NCBI GenBank assembly: GCA_045636285.1
Contig: JAZTXJ010000007.1
Span: 35,032 to 99,031, forward strand
Length of the DNA: 64,000 bases
Direction: 5' to 3'
From: Eubacteriales bacterium
Lineage (GTDB): Bacteria > Bacillota > Clostridia > Oscillospirales > CAG-382
Shown here one piece after another: positions 61,868 to 64,000 of this stretch. Position 1 is the first letter of the stretch. Each line of letters opens with the position of its first letter. Made by a program: the position numbers and the translations under genes. Under the pieces are notes generated by a model. The model made no database searches. It saw only the letters and a program-made list of their open reading frames with translations, and was not told the origin of the DNA.

Positions 61868-62761
61868 TCACAGAGAAAATTCGAAAACAATATCCTCGGT
61901 ATTCTGCTCGGAATATTCAAGCTCCTCGGATATAATGCGCGCAAGCGTCAATACGTCTTCCCCGCCGTTTCGCAAAAGCGATGCCAGCAGTCTTTCGCAA
62001 AACAGGCAAAAGCCGAGCAAGGAATTGAATTCCTCTTCACTTTGCGCGGCGGTGCAATGGCGGTAAACGAAATATGCAAGCGCGCGTTCAAGCGTTTTTT
62101 CCTGCTCTGCACAAACAAAAAGCTTTGAAGAATAGCAGGAAAACATATCTCTGTGCGAATTATCGAGATATTCAAGCTCTGCTATAACCGACTTCCATTC
62201 GCTGTCGCTAAGCTTTTCGGGCGTGACCGAAAATTCGCGGTAAATATTCAAAAGCCGTTGGTTGTAATCTGTTTTGCGGTCGGAAAGCAACGAATAAACG
62301 CGGTTTCGCAATATCCGCGGGTCGAATTCGAATTTGTTTCCCGCTTCGGCTTCACCGATTTCGATAATATCGCCATAAGAATCGGAGTTAAGTATAAGCC
62401 GACACGCCTCCTCGCACGCCAAGCCAAGCCCGACCTCAAGGCCGTTTTGGGTTTGGTTATAAAAACGCGGGTGCTCGCGGCATATATCGCAAAGAAACCC
62501 CTCGCCGAGATTAAGAATTATCCTGCAAAGCCCTTTTTTATCAAGGTGCGGGCATCTCTCGCCCTCGCAAAGCCTAAAGTGCGCGCTTTCGCCCTGCTCG
62601 ATGCTGTTCAGAACCTCGCTTGCATACGGATGCTTGCTCGCGCGGTATTTGCAGAGCGCGGCTTCGTCTATATCGATTTCCCAGCCGATACAACAGCTAT
62701 GGTTGCATTTTTCGGCAATGCACTTGAATTCATTGTAATATTTCGGTGCGTAAAGCTTCAT
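61868..62761 (-). CDS. FliB/YkgJ-like Cys-cluster protein (flagellin lysine-N-methylase family-like)
   Basis: N-terminal FKCIAEKCNHSCCIGWEIDID matches the CxxxCxxCC zinc/iron-chelating motif of the FliB family. Confidence 0.5.
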   Translation of the reverse strand: MKLYAPKYYNEFKCIAEKCNHSCCIGWEIDIDEAALCKYRASKHPYASEVLNSIEQGESAHFRLCEGERCPHLDKKGLCRIILNLGEGFLCDICREHPRFYNQTQNGLEVGLGLACEEACRLILNSDSYGDIIEIGEAEAGNKFEFDPRILRNRVYSLLSDRKTDYNQRLLNIYREFSVTPEKLSDSEWKSVIAELEYLDNSHRDMFSCYSSKLFVCAEQEKTLERALAYFVYRHCTAAQSEEEFNSLLGFCLFCERLLASLLRNGGEDVLTLARIISEELEYSEQNTEDIVFEFSL

Positions 62762-62816
62762 TGCGTGCCCTCTCGGTCGGTTAAATTACGTTTTTATTCT
62801 ACCACACCAAGCCTGT

Positions 62817-63668
62817 TTAGTCAACGAAAGAAACCGCCAACAAATGCCCCGAAAGACCGATTATTTCATCGTGGAAATCAAGCATACGCACCGTACGCAT
62901 AAGTGCTTCGCGCGTTTCGGCGTTGCTCCACAGTCCTTCTATATCCTGCGCCAGCCACGCACCGCCCATAACTCCGTGAATGCGGGTGTTTGATAAACCG
63001 CAATCGCAAAGCTCTGCTTTTAATTCCTTTGCGGTATGCAGGTGCGAGGTTCCAAGCCCGCCGACGATGCTTTTTTCGGGGTTGATATGTGAGCCGTCGC
63101 AAAGCTCGCGCTCGACCATATTAAAGAAGTCGGGGTTATCCAGCCTTCGTGCTTTGCTCCCCTCGCCTGCTCGGTAAAGCGTTATGCTGTGAAGCAGTAC
63201 CGAATAGGGCGTTATTGCCCCCGAAAACAGCAAGCCGCCGTCCTTTAACAATCGTTTGCTTTCGTTGATCGCCAATATTCTGTCCTTGTATTCGAGCAAA
63301 TGATAAAGCGGTCCCATAAGTAATACCGCATCTGCGCTTTTGTCGCCGCGGGGAACCGAACGAGCGTCGCATACTTCGCATGCGGCGAGCTTTGCTTTGG
63401 GATATTCCGCCTTCAACGTCGCACTCATTTCGATATTTCTTTTTGAAAGGTCAAACAAATGCACCTCGTATCCCTTATCCGCAAGCCAATACGAATATTC
63501 ACCGTAACCCCCGCCTATATCGTAAATAACCGCGGGCGGCTTCGGAAGATATTGCAAAAGAAGCTCCTTTGTCCTCTCGAATTCGATTAAGCCGATACCC
63601 TCTCTTAACCTGTTCATTTCACCGCCGCACTCATAAAAGTCCAGCACCGATTTGTCGATAGATTCCAT
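62817..63668 (-). CDS. Class I SAM-dependent methyltransferase
   Basis: Motif I VIYDIGGGYGEYS, acidic loop HLFDLS, motif III AVLLMGPLYHL; ATG 63668 preferred. Confidence 0.8.
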   Translation of the reverse strand: MESIDKSVLDFYECGGEMNRLREGIGLIEFERTKELLLQYLPKPPAVIYDIGGGYGEYSYWLADKGYEVHLFDLSKRNIEMSATLKAEYPKAKLAACEVCDARSVPRGDKSADAVLLMGPLYHLLEYKDRILAINESKRLLKDGGLLFSGAITPYSVLLHSITLYRAGEGSKARRLDNPDFFNMVERELCDGSHINPEKSIVGGLGTSHLHTAKELKAELCDCGLSNTRIHGVMGGAWLAQDIEGLWSNAETREALMRTVRMLDFHDEIIGLSGHLLAVSFVD

Positions 63669-63690
63669 AATTTTTCCTTTCAAAATCAAA

Positions 63691-63735
63691 TAAAAATAAA
63701 AACGGTTAAAGGCTCGGCGCGAGCTTTTAACCGTT
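63691..63735 (-). terminator. Strong intrinsic terminator/attenuator between the leader ORF and the methyltransferase
   Basis: Minus strand AACGGTTAAAAGCTCG cgc CGAGCCTTTAACCGTT (16-bp stem, one mismatch) then TTTTTATTTTTATTT; only about 33 nt to the MT start. Confidence 0.75.
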
Positions 63736-63766
63736 CTTGTGTAGAATTATTGTTGCATGAACAACA

Positions 63767-63850
63767 TTATGAACGCAAGAAAACAAGCCCGTTGCCGATT
63801 GCGACAATGGGTTGCTGCTGATTCATTTTTGCATTGAATATACGAATCAT
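63767..63850 (-). CDS. Candidate 27-aa leader peptide ORF (MIRIFNAKMNQQQPIVAIGNGLVFLRS)
   Basis: Not in the ORF track (below its size cutoff); AAGGAG RBS 8 nt upstream of the ATG, consensus promoter upstream, strong intrinsic terminator downstream; coding status unproven. Confidence 0.3.
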   Translation of the reverse strand: MIRIFNAKMNQQQPIVAIGNGLVFLRS

Positions 63851-63877
63851 TTTCCGCGCTCCTTTGGATTTTCACTT

Positions 63878-63906
63878 AATATATCACAATAAGTTGATTT
63901 TGTCAA
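63878..63906 (-). promoter_or_regulatory. Consensus promoter of the leader ORF / methyltransferase unit
   Basis: Minus strand TTGACA (63906-01) -17- TATATT (63883-78) with TG extended -10. Confidence 0.6.
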
Positions 63907-63930
63907 TAAACTAATACTTATCAACGAAAG

Positions 63931-63968
63931 AAACCGCCGAAGGCTATCCCTCGGCGGTTTTGTGTTTT
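63931..63968. terminator. Hairpin terminator, probably for a minus-strand gene beyond the window
   Basis: AAACCGCCGA aggctatccc TCGGCGGTTT with T-rich flanks on both strands. Confidence 0.55.
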
Positions 63969-64000
63969 TATTGGCTTTTGCCTTTTGCGGATTTATACCG

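Noticed and set aside
62820-62837. An exact 18-nt repeat, tcaacgaaagaaaccgcc, shared with 63921-63938. It was considered as a possible relic of a duplicated methyltransferase 3' end.
   Set aside because: There is no extended homology on either side, the second copy has in-frame stops, and it forms part of a terminator stem. A single 18-mer match in 64 kb is only weakly improbable, so it may be chance.

Overview
Hand-read of a 64-kb chromosomal window that looks like an anaerobic Gram-positive genome. A cohesin/dockerin protein, a PerR-like Fur regulator next to rubrerythrin, YgiQ and B12-type radical SAM enzymes, lipobox lipoproteins and AGGAGG-type RBSs suggest Clostridia, possibly Ruminococcaceae/Oscillospiraceae-like; this taxonomy is inference only. 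I call 65 protein genes plus one very short leader-like ORF. I saw no rRNA, tRNA, CRISPR array, transposase, integrase or phage genes. Housekeeping anchors are the 3' part of a class A PBP, polA, rsmI, galK, thiamine diphosphokinase, and ABC and MATE exporters. The remainder is accessory and rich in local duplications: (1) a DUF805 gene duplicated together with about 170 nt of upstream non-coding DNA that is far better conserved than the coding part; (2) a secreted protein whose C-terminal domain is a close paralog of the extracytoplasmic domain of the neighbouring putative anti-sigma factor; (3) two copies of a block made of conserved promoter boxes, a membrane-anchored secreted protein and a nested-palindrome intergenic element, located next to an OmpR-type two-component system; (4) four tandem paralogous 2-TM proteins; (5) two tiny zinc-ribbon membrane proteins behind a MerR regulator. 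The best candidate for an undescribed system is the tightly coupled minus-strand seven-gene operon 51713->47466: XRE-TPR regulator, ANT-like nucleotidyltransferase, FlaR-like P-loop kinase and the four 2-TM paralogs. Second is the sigma/anti-sigma plus two-component 'surface sensing' island (15960-24082) with its conserved ACAAAT boxes and structured repeat elements. No function can be assigned from sequence alone. There are no known defence or mobile-element hallmarks, so the window may simply be ordinary accessory chromosome. Motif coordinates were indexed by hand, percent identities are hand or eyeball estimates, and family names come from recognised motifs, not from a database search.
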